From the NCBI GenBank assembly GCA_963779615.1, contig CAVZZA010000003.1:288001-352000 (forward strand): a stretch of DNA of 64,000 nucleotides, written 5' to 3'. The translations under genes were made by a program, and so were the position numbers. Below are positions 42,096 to 52,089 of this stretch, in pieces; the first letter of the stretch is position 1; each line of letters opens with the position of its first letter. The notes under the pieces are model-generated. The model was not told where the DNA came from. It worked only from the letters and a program-made list of their open reading frames with translations, and did no database searches. This DNA is from an uncultured Nitrososphaeraceae archaeon. GTDB taxonomy: Archaea; Thermoproteota; Nitrososphaeria; Nitrososphaerales; Nitrososphaeraceae.

Positions 42096-42539
42096 CTAAT
42101 CATCAATGCCATTTACCGAATTCTTTAACTTTTTTCTGATCATTTCAAAAGCTTTTTCTGCCCTATCTTTTTTTGGCAATTGAATGAAAAAAACATTAGA
42201 ACTAGAATTGTTAGTTGAAGACAAGCCCAACATTCCAGCATTGGCAAGGTTATAAAAGAAATCGAGATTTTCATTGGCATATAATAGGTAGTTTCCTTCC
42301 AGGTGGCTATTAATAAAATTGAAACTGATTTCAACAAAAATGTGGTGTCCATCATCATATATATTTAAGTTTGTATCGATGGACATCTTGTTACCATAAG
42401 ATTTTTTTAAAATCTGTTCAAAAAAGAGGTCTTCCACATATAAACAAGGTATTTTGGTATCGTGGTAATCTATGATGGCATATCCTAATTTGTGAAGGCT
42501 TTTTACAAAATCATCTAGAGTGTTTAGATTCCTTTTCAA
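42096..42539 (-). CDS. Hypothetical protein
   Basis: 147-aa ORF, co-oriented with neighbours. Confidence 0.65.
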   Translation of the reverse strand: MKRNLNTLDDFVKSLHKLGYAIIDYHDTKIPCLYVEDLFFEQILKKSYGNKMSIDTNLNIYDDGHHIFVEISFNFINSHLEGNYLLYANENLDFFYNLANAGMLGLSSTNNSSSNVFFIQLPKKDRAEKAFEMIRKKLKNSVNGIDD

Positions 42540-42606
42540 TTATTGATATAAATTCGCGATAATTTTATTTATTTATTGCCACAAAAAAATGAAGGTAAAT
42601 TAAAAG

Positions 42607-44245
42607 TTAGAATAGTTGAATAGACTTTGCTAACAGAATTGCTTTTTGAGGATCTTCTAGTGTTATCTCTTTGTTAGCATATTTGTTGCTAAAATATAGC
42701 AAATCAGCTAATTTCCATCTATCTACCGTTACAAATATTGTGGCATTATTTTTAATGTTAGTGATATTAGTGGTAAGTATTATTAATTTATCAACAAAAG
42801 AAATTCTTTTAGTGACTTTTCACAATTTTATCAAAATTTTTACTTGTATCAGAATCAATAGCAATGGTTATGCCTATTTTTTTCCCAAGTTGATCGTTGT
42901 ATACAGCATCTAAATAGTCTTCGGGAATATTATCATTAAACTTTTTAACTGTTCCAAATTCCTCGACATAATCTATCAAGTTTTTTACAGCATCTCTAAT
43001 ACCAACCTCTAAAATATTTTTGTCTATTGACATTTTTCTCATTTTAATAAAATCTGAAATTGGAATACTCATGATACTACCCCGTAATCTCAAACCCGGA
43101 TATACACTTTTGATCGCCTCCTCGATTGATTGTTCATCGATATTAGGGGAATTTTTCTTTGAGGATATTTCTATAGAATGGTAAAGGATGTTTAAAACTG
43201 ATCTAATATTGCGAAAATCTGGGAACTCATCATAAATTATTTTTATCTTTGCAGAGAGATCATTTTTATTTACATCGCCCAATTCGTGTGTGTTCTGTCT
43301 TATATACTCTAATGCAATATCATCTATCTCCTCAAAAGAATTTGATCCGGCCAAATCAATTTTATAATTTGCTTTTTCCAGACGGTCAAAGAGAGAGGGG
43401 CTGACACGTGATATGTCTGAATAGCAAGATGGAGTGGTTATCAACATTAATATCGAATAAGGTATATGAAAATTAATTAGACCCTTCACATAATCCAATG
43501 ATTGACTATTGGCATCAAATTCATCTATTTGAAATATGGTTACTTTATTAAAGAATTTGTAATTGATCGAGGAAACATTAGTTAAGACTAGCACCAGATT
43601 ATCAAATGTTTTTAAATCTGAATAGTTTAAAGTTCCTTTTTTTATAATTTCAAAAATAATAAGTATTTCTACCTTTGAGAAGTCATTTGACATAAGTTCA
43701 ACCAAATGGTTGAAGGAGGGTTGAATTTTTCTATTTAATACATGATTTAATTTTTCATCAATTGAATTCCCGTTCAGTGTATCAAAAAAACCATATTTAA
43801 TTGTCTTTTTTACTAGTTTAGGATATTCTGAATATTTATGTTTAAGGTACTCAACAAACTTTTTCATCATGTCGTTAAAATAATCATCTCCAAATCCTTT
43901 TATTATTGAAGAAAAAATGGTGTCTATTTCACGAGGATGAACTTGGGCTAAATCAACATAACAAATAATAGCCTTATTGACGATATCAGGAATAGTTTTC
44001 ATATGTAAAGAAAGATGGGTTTTTCCTGAACCAACATCCTGAATAACAGTAACAATTTTAAATGAATCTTTTTCAGAGTTTTTATTATCATTTAGTTTTA
44101 AAATGAGATCGTTAACGCAGTTTTTTATACTATTTAGAGCATTTTGGTGTCTTTTTCCGCCCAGAATTCTAGCGACACTTAATGTTGGCGTTGGGTTGCC
44201 GGGAAAAGGATTTTGCACCAAATTATAAGGATACACTAGATACAC
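42607..44245 (-). CDS. Uncharacterised P-loop (AAA+-like) ATPase with a +1 frameshift at 42817-42820 hiding a 69-aa C-terminus
   Basis: QDVGSGKTH (Walker A), IFQIDEFD (Walker B), LFDRL. Removing one A from GTG-AAAA-GTC gives ...VKVTKRISFVDKLIILTT...KAILLAKSIQLF* ending at 42607. Confidence 0.75.
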
Positions 44246-44895
44246 CTCACAAATCCATGAACTATTCCCCTCAAAATAACTCCTTCAAAGCCACCAGACG
44301 ATAATTCATATTTTTCAGGATGTAACTCTGTAATAGCACTAACATAATTATAGAATTCTTTATCCGATATATCACATATATCACAAATCTCGGCTTTAAC
44401 AGAAGACAATTCAACCCATCCGATAGAAGAAGATTTCTCCATCAAAACACTATCGAAATTATTTGTGAAAAACTCCAAAGAAACAGTATTTTTTACATCC
44501 CTATTCTGTGAGTGAATTTTAATATTGTCAATTTTATCTTCAATGTTATTGAATGAATTTCTTATTTGAACAAGTTCACAATCAAGATTCTCAATATATT
44601 TGAAAATACTATCAGAATAATTGTTTATTTTATTTTGGATAGTAGTAATATACGTATAAAGATATTTGAATTTGAGGTCGGAATTCAACAGGTAGTCCAG
44701 AAAAAAATCTTTACCCCAACAATAAATAAAAGAGCCCTTTTTAGACATACAAACCTTGTCTTCCTGGAGTAAGTCATCTATTATGATATCGAAATCATCT
44801 ATAGAATATTTTTTTTTTAAATCAGTTTTTTTTACTCCAACAGATCCAAAAGAATTAATAGCACCAAGAATTGTATCTTTATTGGACATATACAT
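44236..44895 (-). CDS. Hypothetical protein, probable wHTH-coiled coil-wHTH, overlapping the ATPase gene
   Basis: N-terminal short helices plus beta hairpin, central heptad-like segment, C-terminal SIGWVELSSVKAEIC...YELSSGGFEG. Confidence 0.6.
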   Translation of the reverse strand: MYMSNKDTILGAINSFGSVGVKKTDLKKKYSIDDFDIIIDDLLQEDKVCMSKKGSFIYCWGKDFFLDYLLNSDLKFKYLYTYITTIQNKINNYSDSIFKYIENLDCELVQIRNSFNNIEDKIDNIKIHSQNRDVKNTVSLEFFTNNFDSVLMEKSSSIGWVELSSVKAEICDICDISDKEFYNYVSAITELHPEKYELSSGGFEGVILRGIVHGFVRCI

Positions 44896-45000
44896 AAAAA
44901 AGAAAAAATAAATTAAAAAAAAAGATAGTTAATAAAATGTTATTATGATATTAAAAAAAATTAACAAAAAATAAAAATAGTCAGAAAATACAATATTAAT

Positions 45001-45070
45001 GGGAATGAAGATACAAAAAAACTGATAACCTAATGATGAAAGTACTAGGGTATCTGACCTGACTTTTCCC
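45001..45070 (+). ncRNA. Candidate box C/D methylation guide sRNA
   Basis: ATGAAGA (45005) - CTGA (45022) - ATGATGA (45033) - CTGA (45054), with terminal GGGAA/TTCCC complementarity, in an intergenic region. Confidence 0.55.
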
Positions 45071-45259
45071 CTTTTTAATCAAATATTAAAAATTATGGGC
45101 ATATGGTTTATTAAGCATTTTAAAAGGATTAGTTTTAAATGACAGACATAAACCCTACTAACATTTTGTAAACTTTTAGAGAAATATTTGCTGTCCCTAT
45201 AACTATATAACCATAACAAATCATAATAAAAAGAAAATCCAAGTATAGCTTGATTAGAT

Positions 45260-45574
45260 GTGTATAAAGATGATCATAAATATGAGGAAAAAATTGGGAA
45301 AGATGAAGTAACCAAAAGAACCAATGATCTTTTAGAAAATTTTAAAGAAAATTATATCAAAAATGATAATAATGACTTTATCAATGACGCAATAACTAAC
45401 ATGGTGGTATGTTGTAGGGCATACGAAAAAATATTTGAAGGATTTATAATAATGTCTCAAATCAACAAATTGCCTCAAGAATTAATAGAGGGATTTGTCA
45501 AATGGTCCACAGGTCAGATAGAGGACCTTAAAGAAAAAATCCAAGAAATAGATAAAAAAAGAGATATGAGATAG
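45260..45574 (+). CDS. Hypothetical protein
   Basis: 104-aa helical ORF. Confidence 0.55.
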   Translation: MYKDDHKYEEKIGKDEVTKRTNDLLENFKENYIKNDNNDFINDAITNMVVCCRAYEKIFEGFIIMSQINKLPQELIEGFVKWSTGQIEDLKEKIQEIDKKRDMR

Positions 45575-45651
45575 GTGGGTATTCACTTAAGCTTTTAGAT
45601 AAATATCGAATAAGTTAAATTCAGGATGAAGCTCTAAAATAATGAAAACCT

Positions 45652-46566
45652 GTGCCTGTTAGTAGTCATATCGAACTATCAAACATTAAAGACTATATAG
45701 AGGTTTCAAAACCAAGGATTGTAATAGTTCTTGTAATTACTGCCGTAACATCAATGCTTGCTGCCACCAGATTTGACAATACTAGCAGCGTAGCTTGGGA
45801 TATTTCAGGGTGGAAACTATTATTTTTAATAATTTTCGGAGCCTTATCTTCAATGGGTGCAAGCGCAATCAACCAGTTTTACGATACAAATATAGACAAA
45901 TTGATGATAAGAACCTCAAAAAGGCCAATTCCCTCCGGTAGGTTAAAAGCAAACAACGTTCTAATATTTGGATTATCTTTATCCATAATCTCGGTCATTG
46001 GTGCGTGGTTTACATTAAACCCCGTGGCAGCATTTATGATTGGATTAGGAATCTTCTTTTATGTTGTAGTGTATACAATGTTATTAAAAAGAAGAAGTGT
46101 GTGGAATATAGTCATAGGGGGTTTTGCAGGGAGTGCGGCATCTATGGCGGGGTGGGCGTCTACCACAAATAGCATTGACTTGCTCGGCTTCTTAGTAGGA
46201 TGGATAGTTTTCATGTGGACACCCCCTCATTTTTGGTGTTTAGCCATTAAAATGAAAGAAGAATACACAAAAGCAAATGTTCCGATGCTACCGGTCATTT
46301 ATGGAAATCAACTTGCTTCAAAATACATTTTTATAAACTCACTTATACTAATCCCATACTCATTATCACTATATTTTTTTGGTCTTGGGTTACTTTATGC
46401 TATAGTTGCAGCGGTATCCGGCTCATTAATGACAATATATCACTACAAACTTATGAAAAATCCAACACCACAGTTTGCTTGGAAAGCATATAAAGTTACT
46501 GCACCATATTTAGTTATAATTTTCATAGCAATAGCCTTAGATGCCTTATGGTATATCAAAATATGA
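45652..46566 (+). CDS. ctaB: Heme o synthase (protoheme IX farnesyltransferase)
   Basis: SKPRIV, NQFYDTNIDKLMIRTSKRPIPSG, WTPPHFW. Confidence 0.95.
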   Translation: MPVSSHIELSNIKDYIEVSKPRIVIVLVITAVTSMLAATRFDNTSSVAWDISGWKLLFLIIFGALSSMGASAINQFYDTNIDKLMIRTSKRPIPSGRLKANNVLIFGLSLSIISVIGAWFTLNPVAAFMIGLGIFFYVVVYTMLLKRRSVWNIVIGGFAGSAASMAGWASTTNSIDLLGFLVGWIVFMWTPPHFWCLAIKMKEEYTKANVPMLPVIYGNQLASKYIFINSLILIPYSLSLYFFGLGLLYAIVAAVSGSLMTIYHYKLMKNPTPQFAWKAYKVTAPYLVIIFIAIALDALWYIKI

Positions 46567-46644
46567 CAAATTAAAAGATAATATTTTATTCATCAAAGAA
46601 TAGAATGCTACTTGTTACAAAGAAAAACCAAGGAAAATAACAAT

Positions 46645-46872
46645 TCAAGTCGATTCTTTATTTGGATTTACAATTTCAATCCTTTTTGTATCCTTAGAAA
46701 TCCATGTTACCTGGATTAATCCATATATTTCTAAATCTAACAAAATTTTATTTAAGTCATCTTCAATTGTAGCTATATTGTCCTTGGCTAAAGAATTAAT
46801 CAAATCATGATCCGTAATATTTCCATGTTGCTTTATTTTCTCAAAAATGACAGTTCTCAAAGGGTAAGTCAT
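46645..46872 (-). CDS. Small wHTH-like protein
   Basis: IFEKIKQHGNITDHDL...LNKILLDLEIYGLIQVTW. Confidence 0.75.
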   Translation of the reverse strand: MTYPLRTVIFEKIKQHGNITDHDLINSLAKDNIATIEDDLNKILLDLEIYGLIQVTWISKDTKRIEIVNPNKEST

Positions 46873-46910
46873 AATTATCTCAATTACAAAAGTATTAATA
46901 TAGTTTTTTA

Positions 46911-47577
46911 GGCCCTGTTAACTTAAGAAAATGTTATAGCTGAAAGTCAACTATAATCCATATTGGAACATCAAAGACAAAGGACCAAACCGAAAGATAT
47001 CGCCTATTCCCTGTACCTTTACTTCCTTGGCCTCTCCTATAGAAGCACCGCAAAGGCGTTGAACAGGTTTGTGGAAAGGAGCCATGTGTCAGTCTGGAAA
47101 TGGATCCAGAAATACAGGCCAAAGAGGCTATCAACCAGGAGAAAAAGGGTTAATGGATATATTGTTGATTAAACCCAGATTGAGGTTGGCTCCCGATACG
47201 CATGGCTTTGGGTTGCAATTGAGCCAAAACACAGGGAAATTCTTCGGACTGATGTGTCATTTGAGCGGGCAATGCTTGTGGCAGAGCGGTTTATTGCGTC
47301 TCTCTCATAAACATGCATGGAAAGCATCCGGTTTCTACTGATGGGGGCACCTGGTATCCGCAGGCATGCAGGTTCCTGAAACTGAAACACCATTTGCATT
47401 CCCCATTGGAGAAAAGCTTGATAGAAAGGACCATGATGTGCATCAAGGGCAGGACAGAAGGATTTGATAACTACTTCCCGTGCAGAAAAAAGAAATGCAA
47501 ACTAAAGCATGTAAAACAATGGTTAAATCTGTTTGCCTACCACCACAATAGCGAAATAGTCCTAAGTTAACAGGGCC
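46911..47577 (+). mobile_element. IS6-family insertion sequence, 667 bp, defective
   Basis: 15-bp perfect TIR GGCCCTGTTAACTTA; 8-bp TSD GTTTTTTA (46903-46910 and 47578-47585). Confidence 0.93.
46963..47570 (+). pseudogene. IS6-family DDE transposase pseudogene
   Basis: YLYFLGLSYR...SHVSVWKWIQKY...IVD*TQ...WLWVAIEP...; frameshift to HPVSTDGGTWYPQAC...SLIERTM. Confidence 0.9.
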
Positions 47578-47607
47578 GTTTTTTAACACAACCCCCATTA
47601 AAACTAA

Positions 47608-49812
47608 TTATCCATAAAAAATTTTATCGTTAAACTTTGGAACAGCGGATGTTAATTTTTTTTCTATTGACAAGTACCAATTATGGACTTCTTGGGTTAT
47701 GGAGGGTTTCACAATTGTTAAAGCATATTCAAAATCAGAATTAAAGACCATTTTTGATTTATTTTGTATTGCGTTTATCGCAGCAAACCTACATAATGAA
47801 ACTAAATCCGCCCCGCTATAACCTTTGGTTATTGCAGATATGTTATTGAAATCAATATCAGAAGATAGAGGCATTGTCAAAGTTACTTTTGACAATATAT
47901 CGTTTCTTGATTTTTCATCCGGGGGACTGACAAAAATTACAAGGTCAAATCGCCCCGGTCTCAATAAAGATGTATCCAAAAGGTCCGGTCTACTAGTAAC
48001 TCCAATTACAATAACACCAAAATTAGAGGAATCATCCATTTCTGACAAAATTTGAGATAATACTCGCTCATTTCCAGAAATGTCTTCATGGGTCCTTGAT
48101 CTTCCAAGGGAATCCATTTCATCAAAAACTACAACACATGGAGACGACGAGCGTGCTTTTCTAAATATTTCCCTAATAGCTTTTTCTGATTCCCCCACCC
48201 ATTTAGACAAAACTTCTGGCCCTCTAACAAAGATGATGTTAATAGAGCCTTCTGTTGCTAATGCTTTTGCTATCAATGTTTTTCCACATCCAGGTGGGCC
48301 AAATAACAATGCACCTTTTGCAGGCCTAATTCCCATTTTTAAGAATTTTTCTGGAGATGCAATTGGAGATAAAAAATTATCAATAAGCATATTCTTTTCT
48401 CTGGTTAATCCCCCAACGTCATCCCATTTTATATTTGAAGGCTCTACATAAAACTCTCTCAAAGCAGTAGGAACAATTTCTTTCATCGCATTGATAAAAT
48501 CACTACTTTTGATTCTAATACTATTCAAAATTTCTGATGGAACTTTTTTATTGTTTGCCAAATCAACTTCAGTCAAATAACGCCTTATTGATTTCATGGC
48601 AGCTTCTCTGGCAAGAGCTTTAATATCAGCTCCCGTATAGCCATTTAACATTCTTGATATATCTTTTAAATCAACATCATTATCAATAGGCATTCCAAGA
48701 GTATGAATTTTTAAAATTTCAAATCTGCCAGTGAAATTATGGATTCCTATCTCAATCTCCCTATCAAATCTACCCGGTCTCCTTAGTGCAGGGTCTAAAC
48801 TATCCGGTCGGTTTGTGGCACCAAGCACTACAACATTTCCCCTCTCAGACATACCATCCATTAGTGCAAGTAATTGTGCAACAACCCTTTTTTCCACGTC
48901 ACCAAAAGTCTCTTCTCTTTTTGGTGCAATTGCATCAATTTCATCAATAAAAATAATGCTTGGAGAAGATTCCTTTGCCTTCTGGAAAATCTCCCGTAGT
49001 TTACTTTCTGTTTCTCCATAATATTTATTAACGATCTCTGGCCCATTAATGATATAAAAATTGGCATTTGATTCTGTTGCTAATGCTTTTGCTATCAATG
49101 TTTTTCCACATCCAGGTGGGCCAAACAATAAAATTCCTTTATGAGGCTCTATTCCAATCTTTGAAAACACTTCTGGATGCCTTAATGGCAATTCTACAAT
49201 TTCCCTTAAACGTGTTATTTGATTTTTCAATCCACCGATTTGTTCATAGGAAACCTGAGGATTCTCTTTTCGAAATTTCGAAAATCCAGGTTTTATTACT
49301 ATTTTTGTGTTTTTGTTTATCTTTACAACTTTTTTTGGCAAAGAATAATAAATTATAAACTCAAATGTTTTCCCTAGAAAATTTAATATAAATTGATCAC
49401 CTTTTGTAACTGGATAACCCTCAAAACGCGTATTAAGGAATGAAATAAAGTCATCAGACAGACTTTGGGCGGTGTTACATAACAGAATAACCTTTTCAGC
49501 AAATTTCGGAATTGTTTTCTTTATCAGGACATAATCATTTAAACTAACCCCAGCGTTTTTTCTGGTTTGACCGTCTATATGAATATAATTATTTTTTTGA
49601 ATTTTATCCTCTAAAGGCGATACGATCACAGCAGTAACTTTATTTCCCACAATTTCAACCACATCGCCATTTGAAACTCCAAGTTTTTTCATAATAGTGT
49701 TATCAAGTAATGCTTTTTTCTTTCCTACATCTTTAATTTTACATCCAGCTACCCTCAATTTGAGGGTTGTTGCCGCATTATGTTTAGGTTTACTGTTATT
49801 CCTTTTTTTCAA
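47608..49812 (-). CDS. cdc48: CDC48/VCP family AAA ATPase
   Basis: N-domain plus two AAA modules (GPPGCGKT; FIDEID/VFDEMD; RPGRFD). Confidence 0.95.
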   Translation of the reverse strand: MKKRNNSKPKHNAATTLKLRVAGCKIKDVGKKKALLDNTIMKKLGVSNGDVVEIVGNKVTAVIVSPLEDKIQKNNYIHIDGQTRKNAGVSLNDYVLIKKTIPKFAEKVILLCNTAQSLSDDFISFLNTRFEGYPVTKGDQFILNFLGKTFEFIIYYSLPKKVVKINKNTKIVIKPGFSKFRKENPQVSYEQIGGLKNQITRLREIVELPLRHPEVFSKIGIEPHKGILLFGPPGCGKTLIAKALATESNANFYIINGPEIVNKYYGETESKLREIFQKAKESSPSIIFIDEIDAIAPKREETFGDVEKRVVAQLLALMDGMSERGNVVVLGATNRPDSLDPALRRPGRFDREIEIGIHNFTGRFEILKIHTLGMPIDNDVDLKDISRMLNGYTGADIKALAREAAMKSIRRYLTEVDLANNKKVPSEILNSIRIKSSDFINAMKEIVPTALREFYVEPSNIKWDDVGGLTREKNMLIDNFLSPIASPEKFLKMGIRPAKGALLFGPPGCGKTLIAKALATEGSINIIFVRGPEVLSKWVGESEKAIREIFRKARSSSPCVVVFDEMDSLGRSRTHEDISGNERVLSQILSEMDDSSNFGVIVIGVTSRPDLLDTSLLRPGRFDLVIFVSPPDEKSRNDILSKVTLTMPLSSDIDFNNISAITKGYSGADLVSLCRFAAINAIQNKSKMVFNSDFEYALTIVKPSITQEVHNWYLSIEKKLTSAVPKFNDKIFYG

Positions 49813-49841
49813 CTAGATCGCAAGTGAATAAACTCAAATAT

Positions 49842-50123
49842 CTATTTCATTTTAACAGATTGTCTGCTTATGGTAATAACTTGAATTTCACCTGCCCCGT
49901 CTATTCTTTTTATGGATTCTTCTAATTTTTCCATTTCGCCTTCAGCGTCATCTAGTAAAAAATCACCAAGCAATGCGTTTAATCCAAATGCAATGGGTTC
50001 TTTTGCGTGTGCTTTTAATTCCATCCCTTTGGGTATACTTCCTTTTAAATTGTTTATTAAAACTTCAATATCAGTTTCCGAGTCGGCTGGAAGTATTTTA
50101 ATCCTAGCAACTAACCTTGCCAT
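49842..50123 (-). CDS. ef1b: Elongation factor 1-beta
   Basis: ARIKILP...EPIAFGLNAL. Confidence 0.93.
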   Translation of the reverse strand: MARLVARIKILPADSETDIEVLINNLKGSIPKGMELKAHAKEPIAFGLNALLGDFLLDDAEGEMEKLEESIKRIDGAGEIQVITISRQSVKMK

Positions 50124-50128
50124 TTTAT

Positions 50129-50308
50129 TTATGGCCCCTCAAATCCGCAACCAACACATTTGTACGGTCTAGCAAATTCTCTGCAGCTTTCACACCGCCA
50201 AATAAGCACATATCCACAATTAGGACAGTAAAATTTCACACAAGCATCATTTGGCATTATGGGTCTATTACAAGATGTACAAACAGGTAATTGTAATTGT
50301 TTAGACAT
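50129..50308 (-). CDS. Zinc-ribbon RNA-binding protein (DUF1610-like) preceding EF-1beta
   Basis: Manual translation MSKQLQLPVCTSCNRPIMPNDACVKFYCPNCGYVLIWRCESCREFARPYKCVGCGFEGP. Confidence 0.9.
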   Translation of the reverse strand: MSKQLQLPVCTSCNRPIMPNDACVKFYCPNCGYVLIWRCESCREFARPYKCVGCGFEGP

Positions 50309-50334
50309 CCAATTTAAAAAAATGTAAACCGCAT

Positions 50335-51522
50335 TTATATCTTGCTCAGGTCATTGATAATTTTTCTATATTCATTTCCCATAAGAGTAAAAAGAGTGTT
50401 TAGTGTAATTTTGGTATTTAAGAACTTCTTTAAAGCTATAGCATGGAAATCAAAATCACTGGTTGATGTAATTTTCTCTATTGCGTCAGTAGAAATACTT
50501 GCAAATATCTTATCTAATGATTTGTTATCCAATCTTTCTAAAATTTTTCTAAATAAAAGTTGTCTATCAAATTCTTTTCCAAAGGCATTAATCCAATTGT
50601 TTTGATATTCTTTTAAAAAGGAACATTCATTATTATTGCTTAAAGAGTCCGATATTGACCTTCCTGCAAATATTCCACCCATGCCACAAGAATAGATACC
50701 CCCAGCTGTTGTTGGTTTAGTTTGTCCAGCAGCATCGCCAACTACGACATTTCTTTCTAAATTGAAAGGTTTGATGTATCCGCGTGTCCATAATGGGGCA
50801 TAAATTTTTCGGATGATAGAACAAGGTTTGCCTTTTTTTTCTAAGAATTTTTCAAGGGATAAACTTGTATTTATATTTCTGCCAGCCACACCAACTTTTC
50901 CCTTTCCTTCCCCGCTGGGAATAACCCATGCAAAAAAACCAGGGTACAAGTCAGAATCAAATTCGATTTCAATTGTATCTTTTTGTATCCAAGGGGCATA
51001 TACTTCGTACTGCCCCGAAGGCAGAATATCTCTGAATCCATTTTTAATAACATGATTAACACCTCTAGCCTCCACAAAAAACTTGCTTTTGAAAATTTTT
51101 CCGGTGCTTATTTTGACATTAAAAAAATTTTCGGCAAAATTGACAGACGTTATAGAACTTTTTGTATGTATCTCAGCACCAGTCGATTGGGCCTGAAAAG
51201 CAAGTTCTTTATCGAATGAACGCCTATCAATGACTATAACACGTTGGTTTACAGAATCCACTTCAAAGGAATTGTTTTTAGATTTAATTATTGCTCTCTT
51301 TATGCTATTTTCGATAGTTTTAATTCTCGGGATTATCCCTAAAGTCTCCAATCCTGTTTGGCTTACAACACCACCACAATGCTCAGGAGTTCCTATCTCA
51401 TGGTCTTCTTCTAAAACCAATACTCTAAACCCATTAGACGATATTTCGCGGGCAGCCAATAGACCCGAAACACTGCCACCACCTACTATTACATCATAGA
51501 AATATTCAGACGCCAAAGTCAA
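50335..51522 (-). CDS. Geranylgeranyl reductase family FAD oxidoreductase
   Basis: GGGSVSG, EHCGG, RRSFDKEL, FAWVIP, VGDAAGQTKPTTAGGI. Confidence 0.9.
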   Translation of the reverse strand: MTLASEYFYDVIVGGGSVSGLLAAREISSNGFRVLVLEEDHEIGTPEHCGGVVSQTGLETLGIIPRIKTIENSIKRAIIKSKNNSFEVDSVNQRVIVIDRRSFDKELAFQAQSTGAEIHTKSSITSVNFAENFFNVKISTGKIFKSKFFVEARGVNHVIKNGFRDILPSGQYEVYAPWIQKDTIEIEFDSDLYPGFFAWVIPSGEGKGKVGVAGRNINTSLSLEKFLEKKGKPCSIIRKIYAPLWTRGYIKPFNLERNVVVGDAAGQTKPTTAGGIYSCGMGGIFAGRSISDSLSNNNECSFLKEYQNNWINAFGKEFDRQLLFRKILERLDNKSLDKIFASISTDAIEKITSTSDFDFHAIALKKFLNTKITLNTLFTLMGNEYRKIINDLSKI

Positions 51523-52089
51523 AATTTACAACAAGATATAGTACAACAATTATTTAACTTATTCATTTGAATTGAATTCGTTCGTTATTTTTAAATTGCA
51601 ATATCAATTAAAGAATCATCAATCGAATGGGCATGGCTGAAAATGAAGAGTTCTATTAAAAAGAACAGACACATGAAGACTTTTTCTATCACATGCCTAG
51701 ATCATTTGTATTTCTGTCCATTATCACCCATACGTGGTTTGAACTCATTTCTAAAATGGTCTTTTATATGCATTATAACAAACAAATGGAAATTGGCTTC
51801 ACTTCTTTTGCATTTTTATTAGAAGCCACCCCTTAATTTAATAATGATAGTACACACTGATGCTTTATCCTTTAATCTTGTTACAAATAATATTAGCTAT
51901 TATTTATGGTTTTTTAAAAACTACACATGTAATATACTATACAGGTGAAATTTATCCTATTTTTGCAATGAAATAAGGAATTACGTCCAATCACCATGGC
52001 AATAAAAATTAGATAAAATCTTTATAAAAAGGTCATACATGAAATATACTGTAATATATTCAAAATAAGGGAAAATAATTTTTAAAAAT

